Positions 18,949 through 27,679 of a DNA stretch of 64,000 nt are shown piece after piece (within the stretch, counting starts at the first letter, position 1; each line of letters starts with the position of its first letter). The notes under the pieces were generated by a model that ran no database searches, was not told the origin of the DNA, and was given only the letters and a program-made list of their open reading frames with translations. The DNA is from Myxococcales bacterium. Its GTDB lineage: Bacteria > Myxococcota_A > UBA9160 > UBA4427. The stretch lies in the NCBI GenBank assembly GCA_012959805.1, contig DUCN01000018.1:21415-85414 (forward strand). Reading direction: 5' to 3'. The translations under genes and the position numbers were made by a program.

Positions 18949-19833
18949 TTAGTTCTGCGAAGACACTTTCGGGTCGAGATATTTAAAGAACTCGTGATCC
19001 GGCGGAACGATCATTGTCGTTCGATCACCGAGCGTCTTTCGATACGCAGCCAGACTTCGAACGAATGCGTAGAATTCTGGATTTCGACCGTAGGCATTCG
19101 CGTAGATCCGAGCCGCCTCTGCATCCCCCTCGCCTCGCAAGACCTCCGAATCCGCATTCGCCTGAGCAACGAGCTCTCGCGCCTCTCGATCCGCTTTGGC
19201 CCGAATTTCGCGCGCCTCACGCGCACCCACCGCTCGCTTCTGTCGAGAAATCGCCCTGCGCTGTTCGCGCATCTGCTCGAAGGTCGCGTTCTCCGTAGGC
19301 AGGGGTAGCTCCGTGCGATTGATTCGAACGTCGACCACTCGAATTCCATTCGACGTCAACTCCAAGGTCGCCTGATCATCAAGCGAGTCGAGGGCCTCTG
19401 CACGCGCCAGCAATTCCGCCATCGTGAGCGTGCCCACGGCGTCGCCGACTAGAGAACCGACGGTTCTTTGGATCCGCTTGCGCGCCTCCTCGATGCCCTT
19501 CGGAAAACTTCGCCGAAATTCGAGGGGCGAATCAATCTGCCAAAGAACGTAGTAGTCGATGATCAACCGCTCGTTTCCGGCGATCTCGATCTCGGCGGCA
19601 GCCGCGTTCAGATACTGGATCTTCTTGTCGAAGACCTGCACTTCATCGATCAGCGGAATTCGCAGTTGAGCGATCCCCGGCTCCTCGATCTCCGCGATCG
19701 GATTCCCTAGACGCAAGATCAGCCGATATTCGTCCACTCGGTTGATCACGAGTGGGCCAAAATCAATCTGCGCCCCCCAGATGATTCCAACAGCGGCGGC
19801 CCCTAACACGATCGGCACGAAGAGAAGCCTCAT
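18949..19833 (-). CDS. hflC: SPFH/band-7 protein HflC
   Basis: N-terminal TM, SPFH core and a coiled-coil tail. ATGA-type overlap with the upstream hflK. Confidence 0.75.
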   Translation of the reverse strand: MRLLFVPIVLGAAAVGIIWGAQIDFGPLVINRVDEYRLILRLGNPIAEIEEPGIAQLRIPLIDEVQVFDKKIQYLNAAAAEIEIAGNERLIIDYYVLWQIDSPLEFRRSFPKGIEEARKRIQRTVGSLVGDAVGTLTMAELLARAEALDSLDDQATLELTSNGIRVVDVRINRTELPLPTENATFEQMREQRRAISRQKRAVGAREAREIRAKADREARELVAQANADSEVLRGEGDAEAARIYANAYGRNPEFYAFVRSLAAYRKTLGDRTTMIVPPDHEFFKYLDPKVSSQN

Positions 19834-20876
19834 TGATTCGCCCCCACCGCTGGCACTTGATTTCGCAGAGGCAAGAGCGGCAGCATATTCACGGTATTCG
19901 GCTCGACGATCATCTTCTCGATCCCGGGCAGGATCTCTTCCATCGTTTCGAGATATAGGCGTCGCCGAGTCACCTCGGGCGCACTCTCGTATTCGGTCAG
20001 CAGCGCAACGAAGCGAGTGGCCTCGCCCCGAGCCTCGATAATGCGTGCGCGCTTAAAGGCTTCGGCCTGTTCGCGAATCTCCACCACTTCCGATCGCGCC
20101 CGTTCGAGGATTTCCTGCGCATCACCGGTAGCTTCGAGCGAAGACCGTTTCCCGTCCTGCCCAGCGCTCACAACATCTGCAAAGGCCGCGCGCACCGCGT
20201 CGGGCGCCTGGGGTTTCTCAAGATTGATTCGTCCAACTTCAAAAGCGGGTTCGTAGCCGACCTCTGCCAGGTAGGAACCCAACATGGTCTCTAGAAGGGC
20301 TCGGACTTCGCGTTCAATCTCATTTCGGTCCTGAGACAGAACAGAATCGATCGTCTTTTTTCCGATCACCGTTCGCATGGCCGCTTCGGTTGCGTCATGC
20401 AAGATTGCGCTCGGCTCATCCATCGCGAACCGATAGGCGAAGGCACTACCAACCTTGTACTGCAACTCATATGCGACATTGACGATGTTGCCGTCTCCCG
20501 TCTGGACTGCATCTCGCTTGATGTTGTCGGCAATCTCGAGTTCTTCTTCGTTCACGGGAGCACCCGGGGTCGACTGACTTGGCTGAGCGCCAAAGGACTC
20601 CGTCCGTAGCTCGCTCGTGTTCACGACCTCATGACTCTCAAGCGGCGGCGGCAAATGCCATCCAATACCTTCGATGATCTGTGTTCGTTCGTACGCCCCG
20701 AGGCGAAGGACCACCGCGGATTCGCCGGGGTCGAGCTGGTAAACGCCTTGCCATCCCCAGCCCAGCAGGACTCCAAGCGAAGCCAGAAGGAGCAAAGTAT
20801 TGAAGATCATACGAGTCAATCCCCGCCCCGCCTTCTCCGCGGCGCTCGGATCTCTTTCGCTCTTGCCCTTCGCCAA
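19830..20876 (-). CDS. hflK: SPFH/band-7 protein HflK
   Basis: TM followed by an SPFH domain (VYQLDPGESAVVLRLGAY..). Paired with hflC. Confidence 0.75.
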   Translation of the reverse strand: MAKGKSERDPSAAEKAGRGLTRMIFNTLLLLASLGVLLGWGWQGVYQLDPGESAVVLRLGAYERTQIIEGIGWHLPPPLESHEVVNTSELRTESFGAQPSQSTPGAPVNEEELEIADNIKRDAVQTGDGNIVNVAYELQYKVGSAFAYRFAMDEPSAILHDATEAAMRTVIGKKTIDSVLSQDRNEIEREVRALLETMLGSYLAEVGYEPAFEVGRINLEKPQAPDAVRAAFADVVSAGQDGKRSSLEATGDAQEILERARSEVVEIREQAEAFKRARIIEARGEATRFVALLTEYESAPEVTRRRLYLETMEEILPGIEKMIVEPNTVNMLPLLPLRNQVPAVGANQ

Positions 20877-21689
20877 TTATGCATCCCCGCCGTCGGGCTT
20901 GGAAGCTCCGCTTCCGGGAGTCGATGCTTTTCCGGCCGAGACGTTAGTCAACTGGTCGTAGAAGGGACGGATCAGATCGATCGGAAGGGGAAATATGGTG
21001 GTGGAGCTTTTGTCTCCGCCCGCGATCTCAGCCAGTGTCTGCAGGTACCGTAACTGCAGACCCATGGGTTCGGTTGCGAGCACCGCCGCGGCGTCGGCCA
21101 ATCGCTGTGCCGCCAGATATTCTGCATCGGCCAGGGTAACCTTCGCGCGCTTTTCCCGCTCTGCTTCGGCCTGCTTCGCCATGACGCGCTGCATCTCCTG
21201 GGGCAGATCGATTTGCTTGAGTTCCACGGAACGCACTTTGACGCCCCAGGGCTCTGTCTGAAGATCGATGATCTCCTGAAGCTGCTGATTGATGCGTTCG
21301 CGGTCGGCCAGCAACTGATCGAGTTCCGCCTGTCCACAGACACTTCGCAGCGTCGTCTGAGCAAGTTGGGACGTTCCGTAAAGGTAATTCTCGACTTGAA
21401 TGACCGCCTTCTCCGGATGCAGAACCCGGAAATAGAGCACCGCATTCACCTTGACCGAAACATTGTCGAGTGTGATGACCTCTTGAGCGGGAACGTCCAT
21501 CACGATCTCGCGTAGCCCAATCCGAACCATGCGATCAACGCCGGGGATGATCCATCGAAGACCGGCCGAACGGACACCCGCGTATCGACCCAGGCGAAAG
21601 ACTACGCCGCGCTCGTATTCGGCGAGAATTCGGACACCAAAAAAGAGCAGCGCCATAACGACGCCCAAGAAAATCAGAATTCCCAACAA
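20877..21689 (-). CDS. Stomatin-like SPFH protein (slipin, QmcA/YbbK type)
   Basis: [26 protein letters not shown] signature and a coiled-coil C-terminus. Immediately downstream of nfeD. Confidence 0.85.
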   Translation of the reverse strand: MLGILIFLGVVMALLFFGVRILAEYERGVVFRLGRYAGVRSAGLRWIIPGVDRMVRIGLREIVMDVPAQEVITLDNVSVKVNAVLYFRVLHPEKAVIQVENYLYGTSQLAQTTLRSVCGQAELDQLLADRERINQQLQEIIDLQTEPWGVKVRSVELKQIDLPQEMQRVMAKQAEAEREKRAKVTLADAEYLAAQRLADAAAVLATEPMGLQLRYLQTLAEIAGGDKSSTTIFPLPIDLIRPFYDQLTNVSAGKASTPGSGASKPDGGDA

Positions 21690-21743
21690 AACCTACCCCT
21701 CCCGCGACTGATCTCTAGGAGCCAGCCATTTCGGTTCCACAAC

Positions 21744-23165
21744 TCATGCCTCGGACAAGACTCGACGCACGCGAAGCGTGAGTCCCTTGACTTCAAGGAT
21801 CTCGACCGAATCACCAGCTCGAATCGTCTCATCCGCAACACTATTCCAATACTCACCCCGCACGAACACTTTACCTTTGGGATCGATCGCGGATTCGCAA
21901 CGCCCAACCAAGCCGATCATTTCGTCAACGCCCGCAGTTTGCTCGGCTCGGAAGGTGCGGCCAAGACTGTAGACGATCAAGAGACCAAGAACCGTCATGG
22001 CCGCCGTGATCGGAACCAGGACTTCCCAGAATGAAACAGTCAAGTCAGAGACCTCAGGTCGATCGAAAACCATCGTTCCCCCGACCAGAAAACAAGTTAC
22101 GCCTGCGGCAAAGAGAACGCCGAACGAAGTGATGAAGAGTTCGGCAATCAATAATCCGACGCCAATCAGCACCAGCAACCCTCCCACCCACGAAAAGGGC
22201 AAGATCTGCAACGCGAATCCAAGCAGAACGAACGCGGCGACTCCAGTCGCACCCGGGATGATCATTCCCGGACTCTGGAACTCCATGTAGAGACCGATCG
22301 CGCCGATCGCCAGAAGCAGTGTCGCAACATTGGGATCCGAAAGGAAATTGAATATCGACTGCAGCAGCGTCATCTCTATCGGAACGAGAGTCACATTCGC
22401 AAGATCGAGTTCGCGTTCGACGTCATTGAGCTTCACGATTCGGCCGGAGATCGAGGCAATCAGCTCGGCGCGGCTTCCCGCCATCAAGTCGATGACATTC
22501 AGCTCCAATGCTTCTTCAGCCGTGACTGCGACAGAATTTCGAACTGCCTCACCTGCCCATTCAACGTTGCGGTTTCTCTGCTTCGCAATCGACTCGACGT
22601 AAGCGGCGAGGTAATTCTCGATTTTCTGTTCGACGATGGCCTTGTCCGAAACAGCGCCGCCGTCTTCTCCACCGCCTGGAGCGGACGGCGATTCGCCGCC
22701 GCCGAATAGACTGACGGGATGGGCGGCACCAATGCTGGTGCCCGGCATCATCGCCGCGACATTGGCGGCCAGTGTGATGAAGGTCCCCGCGGAGGTGGCG
22801 GATGCCCCGCGTGGCGTTACAAAAACGATTGTCGGCACGGTCGAATTAAGCATCGCCTTGATGATGTCCTGGGTTGCCGAAACCAAGCCACCAGGGGTGT
22901 CCAATTCAATGAGAACGCCCGCCGCATTTTCCGCTTCCGCGCGTTCGATCGCACCGATCAAATGATCTGCGCTAGCCGGATTGATCGATCCGTCGATCGT
23001 GACGACTAGGAGTTCATTCGCCGTCGCGGCGGTCTGCGCCGTGAACCCGAGAAGAACACAGAGAAAGCCAACCATGACACGACGACGCAAACCGAGCGAA
23101 ACGCTCATCCCGCTTGCTGTCCTCGGATCACACTGATGATTCACGTCGAAATGAAAATCGTTCAC
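21744..23165 (-). CDS. Long-form NfeD membrane-bound ClpP-class serine protease
   Basis: N-terminal ClpP-like domain (LDTPGGLVSATQDI), a multi-TM middle region and a C-terminal NfeD OB domain. Partner of the stomatin-like gene. The signal-like MSVSLGLRRRVMVGFLCVLLG suggests a possible start at 23108. Confidence 0.8.
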   Translation of the reverse strand: MNDFHFDVNHQCDPRTASGMSVSLGLRRRVMVGFLCVLLGFTAQTAATANELLVVTIDGSINPASADHLIGAIERAEAENAAGVLIELDTPGGLVSATQDIIKAMLNSTVPTIVFVTPRGASATSAGTFITLAANVAAMMPGTSIGAAHPVSLFGGGESPSAPGGGEDGGAVSDKAIVEQKIENYLAAYVESIAKQRNRNVEWAGEAVRNSVAVTAEEALELNVIDLMAGSRAELIASISGRIVKLNDVERELDLANVTLVPIEMTLLQSIFNFLSDPNVATLLLAIGAIGLYMEFQSPGMIIPGATGVAAFVLLGFALQILPFSWVGGLLVLIGVGLLIAELFITSFGVLFAAGVTCFLVGGTMVFDRPEVSDLTVSFWEVLVPITAAMTVLGLLIVYSLGRTFRAEQTAGVDEMIGLVGRCESAIDPKGKVFVRGEYWNSVADETIRAGDSVEILEVKGLTLRVRRVLSEA

Positions 23166-24370
23166 TGGGGCGCTCTCAGTTTTTCGATTCGATCAAAGAG
23201 TTCTCGGGAAACCCCGGACTTGGGGAGCAGCGACAGGGCTTCGACCTCACCACTGGGCCACACGAAATGAACCGCGTTCTCATCGACATCGAAGCCCGAA
23301 TCGATTCGCGAGATGTCGTTGGCCACCATCAGATCACAACCCTTGAGAAGTAACTTTCGCTTGGCGCCCGCGATCACATCATGACTCTCGGCTGCGAATC
23401 CCACGATTGTTCGATCTCCTTTGCGCGCGCTGATGTCGGCCAAGATATCCGGGTTCTGAACGAACTCGAGTTGCAGACGTCCTTCCCCGGCCAGTTCTTC
23501 CTTCTTGATCTTTCGCTCGATGGCTTCTGCTGGTCGAAAATCCGCAACGGCCGCCGCCTTGATGACGATCGACGACTGCTCGAATTCGACGAACACCGCG
23601 TCACGCATTTCGATGGCGCTGCCGACATCGACTCGACGAACGCCGATGGGCGTGGGCAGATTCGTCACGCCGGCGATCAAGACAACGTCGGCACCACGAC
23701 GCTGGGCCTCCGCCGCGATCGCAAATCCCATCTTGCCCGAAGATCGATTCGTGATGGCACGGACTGCGTCGATCGGTTCGACGGTTCCACCCGCAGTCAC
23801 CAACACGCATTCGCCGATCAGCGTCTTCGGCGCGAGAAGCGAGTCTACGGCTTCGACTAACACGGCGGGATCGCTCATCCTACCCTGCCCCTCCCAACCA
23901 CACGCAAGCTCACCGGCCTCGGGACCGACAAAATGGATTCCTCGCGTGCCCAGGATTTCGAGATTGGCCCGGGTCGCCGGGTGCTCCCACATGTTGACGT
24001 TCATCGCGGGCGCAACCAGAATGGGAGCGCGAGTCGCGAGCAGCACGGCCGTCACCAGATCATCGGCGTGGCCATGCGCCATCTTCGCCATCAGATTCGC
24101 AGTGCACGGTGCCACCAGAACCACGTCGGCCCAATCCGCCAACCCGATATGGTCGATTTCGCCCTCTTCACCCGGATCGAAGAGATCCTGGCGGACCGAG
24201 TTTCCCGACACCGCCTGGAGCGAAAGCGGAGCGACAAAGCGCGACGCTTCAGTCGACAGCGCACAGCGAACATCGTGGCCAGCTCGACGCAGACCGCGCA
24301 CGATCTCGGGGGTCTTATATGCCGCAATTCCCCCCGAAACCACAAGCAATATTCGGCGCGGATCCTTCAC
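23162..24370 (-). CDS. coaBC: Phosphopantothenoylcysteine decarboxylase / phosphopantothenate-cysteine ligase
   Basis: Flavoprotein N-domain (ILLVVSGGIAAYK) followed by a DFP ligase domain (SSGKMG). Confidence 0.9.
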   Translation of the reverse strand: MKDPRRILLVVSGGIAAYKTPEIVRGLRRAGHDVRCALSTEASRFVAPLSLQAVSGNSVRQDLFDPGEEGEIDHIGLADWADVVLVAPCTANLMAKMAHGHADDLVTAVLLATRAPILVAPAMNVNMWEHPATRANLEILGTRGIHFVGPEAGELACGWEGQGRMSDPAVLVEAVDSLLAPKTLIGECVLVTAGGTVEPIDAVRAITNRSSGKMGFAIAAEAQRRGADVVLIAGVTNLPTPIGVRRVDVGSAIEMRDAVFVEFEQSSIVIKAAAVADFRPAEAIERKIKKEELAGEGRLQLEFVQNPDILADISARKGDRTIVGFAAESHDVIAGAKRKLLLKGCDLMVANDISRIDSGFDVDENAVHFVWPSGEVEALSLLPKSGVSRELFDRIEKLRAPQ

Positions 24371-24571
24371 GGCCGGACCTCCAATGAGTCAATGAGAGCT
24401 CGCATTAAACGTACTCCAGGGTACCGGCTTGCCGGGACGAGGGCCAATTCGCCGCCTTCGCCTTCGATTCGGTCGCTGTCTAGCTGTTGGATCAACGGCG
24501 GGTCCAAACGGTGGTGCGTGACGGTGTCATCGGCTGTTTCGGGGTCATTCTGCAATCCTGCAGTAGGCAGG

Positions 24572-25090
24572 TCAGCTCTGTAGCTTCCGCTTGAGCGCCT
24601 TGGCGACCACGGGGGGAACAAATTCGTCGATGCTCGCCCCGAATCGGACGAGTTCCTTCAAACGCGAAGAGCTGACATACAGATATTCCTGACTCGTCAT
24701 GAAAAAGACGATCTCGACTTTGGGCGCGAGGTGCTTATTCATCAGGGCCATCTCAAATTCGTATTCAAAATCGGACATCATGCGAAGTCCACGAACAATC
24801 GCGCTGGCACCGAGCTCTTCCGCGTAGTGGACCACGAGTCCATCGAAGATGCGGACCGAAACATCGTCCATCTCGCTCGTCACATCGCGAAGAATCTCGA
24901 CGCGCTCCTGCGTATTGAACGTGGCACTCTTTGAAACGTTTTTCGCGACGGCTAGAACGACTTCGTCAAAGAGCAGGCGACTCCTCTGGACGAGATCGAG
25001 ATGTCCGTTCGTGATCGGATCAAAGCTGGCCGGAAAGAGTGCCAGACGATGCTTTCGCTTTGCGTTTCCCATCTCATCCTCGGTCGTCAA
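24572..25090 (-). CDS. coaD: Phosphopantetheine adenylyltransferase
   Basis: ALFPASFDPITNGHLDLV signature. About 165 aa. Conserved rsmD-coaD pair. Confidence 0.9.
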   Translation of the reverse strand: MTTEDEMGNAKRKHRLALFPASFDPITNGHLDLVQRSRLLFDEVVLAVAKNVSKSATFNTQERVEILRDVTSEMDDVSVRIFDGLVVHYAEELGASAIVRGLRMMSDFEYEFEMALMNKHLAPKVEIVFFMTSQEYLYVSSSRLKELVRFGASIDEFVPPVVAKALKRKLQS

Positions 25091-25668
25091 GAGTCTAAAA
25101 CCGGCCTGTCGTGCTTCGAAGCCTCGAGCCAGGTTAACTTTGTGTCACCATAGTCACGCGCATCGAGAAGCGTCCTCCCGGGTTGCGGCGAGAGAGGATG
25201 GCGCTTTGGTCCCTCGACGACCACTCTTGCCCCCTCCTTCAAGAGCGTTGAAGCGAATAGAGCATCCAGGATGCCGGCTCTATCACCCTCCTCGTAGGGT
25301 GGATCGACGAAGACCAGATCGAAGCGTGGTTGGCCCTTTTTTGAGAGACGATGAATCGCCTTCTGCGCATCGCTATTGAGAATTTGTATCGAGTCCCGCG
25401 TTCGATCGAGTCCCAGAGACAGAATTCGCTTTTCGAGTTCCCGGACCACTTGCCGGGAATGATCGACGAAGACCACGCCTTGGGCCCCTCGGGAAATCGC
25501 CTCCAAGCCGAATGCGCCGGTGCCAGCAAAGAGATCGAGGATCACCAGTCCATCCGTCGGCCCGAGAACCGAAAACAAGGACTCACGAACGCGATCGCTG
25601 GTCGGCCGAACGCCCTTGGGCACCGAGCCCAGGTCGCGCCCCCCCAATCTTCCGGCGATGATCCTCAT
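25087..25668 (-). CDS. rsmD: 16S rRNA (guanine966-N2)-methyltransferase RsmD
   Basis: MRIIAGRLGGRDL..RPTSDRVRESLF N-terminus and the DPPY motif (VFVDPPYEE). Confidence 0.85.
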   Translation of the reverse strand: MRIIAGRLGGRDLGSVPKGVRPTSDRVRESLFSVLGPTDGLVILDLFAGTGAFGLEAISRGAQGVVFVDHSRQVVRELEKRILSLGLDRTRDSIQILNSDAQKAIHRLSKKGQPRFDLVFVDPPYEEGDRAGILDALFASTLLKEGARVVVEGPKRHPLSPQPGRTLLDARDYGDTKLTWLEASKHDRPVLDS

Positions 25669-26014
25669 TCGCCAGACCCTACCCAATGCAACTCGAGGCG
25701 CGCAAAGCGATGGTGTAGGCGAAACGTCTATTCCTAAGTTGGATCAGAATGTCACGGCGAGTCCAAGCGAGCCAGCATCGATCGGACACGTGCACGTATC
25801 GTTCTCTCATGACAATGATCTCCAATAGTCGCAGCGATCAGGGTTGATCCGGACGAAGCCGCTGTCTAAGATCAGCGCGTTTCCGAATTCACAAATCAAG
25901 TTTGTCGACGGCGCGATAACGCACTGTTGTGTCGATTCCCTTAAACCTCTCGCTCGGCCACCCAACCGCGACTTTCAATTCATTTCTGCCAATCAAGGAA
26001 AAGGACGACCATTA

Positions 26015-26254
26015 ATGTCCAGTGCCGCCGTAAAACGCATCAAGAAAAAAATCCCGGAACGACTCGCCGAAATACGAGGCGACAGGTCACAGCGGCGGTT
26101 CGCCCGAGAGCTCGGCGTCTTTCAGCAAAACATCAATCGCTACGAGAATGGGACAACCCCTCACACCGATTTTCTCATCACCTTGTCCATCAAGGAGAAT
26201 ATTTCCATCGATTGGCTCTTGTTCGGCAAGGGCCGCATGCGAAAAGGTCGCTAG
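26015..26254 (+). CDS. Phage CI-repressor-type HTH protein (XRE superfamily)
   Basis: ATG 26015 follows an AAGGAAAAGGA purine tract. RRFARELGVFQQNINRYENGTTP..ISIDWLLFGKG resembles the CI-repressor N-terminal HTH. Confidence 0.65.
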   Translation: MSSAAVKRIKKKIPERLAEIRGDRSQRRFARELGVFQQNINRYENGTTPHTDFLITLSIKENISIDWLLFGKGRMRKGR

Positions 26255-26513
26255 ATCGAAGTTGCGCCTGCGCCTGCCGTACTCCGTTCACCGTCCCGCC
26301 CGCTCCCTGAACGTGCCACCGGGCTGAATCGGTCGAGACGACCGAAGCTGCAGGAAGAACCCACAATTGCGCAGGTTCTACTGCGTCCGTGGCGTGAGTC
26401 GTGGACTGGGGATTGTGGGTAGTCTGCTTCCACACCCCTTCTTGAGCGCCCATTCACCCACCGGCAGCTCGATCTCCATTCCTCGGTCGTAGCAAGGCTT
26501 TCCGCTTCGCCGG

Positions 26514-26529
26514 CGGCACCGGGCATGCC
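26514..26529 (+). promoter_or_regulatory. Candidate sigma54 (-24/-12) promoter
   Basis: cGGCAC-cgggc-aTGCc against consensus TGGCAC-N5-TTGCW. The GG and GC dinucleotides are correctly spaced. Lies about 80 nt upstream of ATG 26608. Confidence 0.3.
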
Positions 26530-26607
26530 TCTTGCTCTTCTATCCATCCGATCGCTGCGGATTCCGATTCCGCAAAATCAAGCGATCTGTGGCTGGGAGC
26601 CCATTCG

Positions 26608-26946
26608 ATGCTGCGTATTTTTGTGGTGACAACGATTCTGCTGACCTGTGCAGACCATTGGACCACGTATCTGTGCCTCACTGCGCCGGTCGACGGCTGG
26701 AACGTCGCCGAGGCCAACCCAGTCGCCGAGTGGCTCTTTCAAAAAGCCGGCCTGAATACCGGACTCCTGATCGATTCAGCGCTCACTCTAGGCGCTGTCG
26801 TCTTCCTGGCCACGACACCCGTGTTTGGCCGACAGCTCAAGACGTCATTGCTCGCCGTGATCACGCTCTTCACCGGTTATGCGGTGGTCAACAATCTCGA
26901 CGCGATCTCTCGTATGGGCCTCGCTCCATGGTCGGGGATTGTGTGA
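26608..26946 (+). CDS. Small membrane protein, DUF5658-like
   Basis: Four predicted TM segments. CADHWTTYLCL..EANPVAEWL pattern is typical of DUF5658. Confidence 0.6.
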   Translation: MLRIFVVTTILLTCADHWTTYLCLTAPVDGWNVAEANPVAEWLFQKAGLNTGLLIDSALTLGAVVFLATTPVFGRQLKTSLLAVITLFTGYAVVNNLDAISRMGLAPWSGIV

Positions 26947-26947
26947 G

Positions 26948-27679
26948 ATGTCCATCGCAGCCTACATCGATCGCGTTAGGCTCTTGTTTCTCGTGGCCTG
27001 CGCGGTAGCCGCAAGCACTCTCGGAGATTTCGAAGAGGGTACGGTTGAGCCGATTTCCCAGGCGGCGGCTGTTCTACCTTCGGTATCGAGTCGGACCCCC
27101 GCGGATGTCGTCGCCATAGCGTCGTCAAACGCGACGCTCGAAGCCTTGCCTGCGGAACCCAAACTCATCGACCCCGCCGGGGCGGAAGAAGAACTCATCG
27201 CCGAGATCCTCCGGCGATTGTCCGTACGGCATACCGCCCTCCCGGAGCGGGAACGGGTCGCGCTGGTTCGCACTATTCTCGCAGAAGCACGCCTCTATGA
27301 TCTCGATCCCGGCCTGGTCGTCGCGGTGATTGAAGTCGAAAGTGCGGGCTACCACCTTGCGGTATCACACGTTGGCGCGATGGGTCTGATGCAGCTGCTT
27401 CCCTCGACCGGTAGAGAACTCGCACTGCGCATGGGCATCGAGTGGCATGGCGATGACACGCTCTTCGATCCGATCATCAATGTTCGGCTCGGGACCGCAT
27501 ATCTCAGTCAGCTGCATAAGCGATACGGCAGCGTCCATACTGCACTCGCTGCCTACAACTGGGGACCCGGCCGAATCGATCGTCGCATTCGCCGCGGTGC
27601 CGATGTTCCGACCGGCTATCCGACCAAGGTGATGCGCGCCTTCGATCGCAACGCCGTCGTACTCGTCAGTCGCTCCTGA
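26948..27679 (+). CDS. Lytic transglycosylase (SLT domain)
   Basis: Catalytic region VIEVESAGYHLAVSHVGAMGLMQLLPSTG..AYNWGPG. The ATG lies 2 nt after the upstream stop. Confidence 0.85.
   Translation: MSIAAYIDRVRLLFLVACAVAASTLGDFEEGTVEPISQAAAVLPSVSSRTPADVVAIASSNATLEALPAEPKLIDPAGAEEELIAEILRRLSVRHTALPERERVALVRTILAEARLYDLDPGLVVAVIEVESAGYHLAVSHVGAMGLMQLLPSTGRELALRMGIEWHGDDTLFDPIINVRLGTAYLSQLHKRYGSVHTALAAYNWGPGRIDRRIRRGADVPTGYPTKVMRAFDRNAVVLVSRS

Noticed and set aside
24367-24621. 84-aa ORF in the coaBC-coaD intergenic region
   Set aside because: It overlaps both neighbours' ends, has no motif and has Pro/Arg-rich wrong-frame composition.
25891-25905. Inverted repeat ACAAA-tcaag-TTTGT upstream of the CI-type HTH gene, considered as an operator
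   Set aside because: The arms are only 5 bp and the repeat occurs once. That is too short to distinguish from chance.
26255-26607. Tested the 350-nt gap by eye for RNase P RNA, tmRNA, SRP RNA, 6S RNA and common riboswitch cores (TPP, cobalamin, SAM, c-di-GMP)
   Set aside because: None of the conserved core strings I know (for example GGAAAGUCCGG, the SRP GGAA tetraloop region, the tmRNA tag ORF, CUGAGA) are present on either strand. It is kept only as an unassigned structured region.
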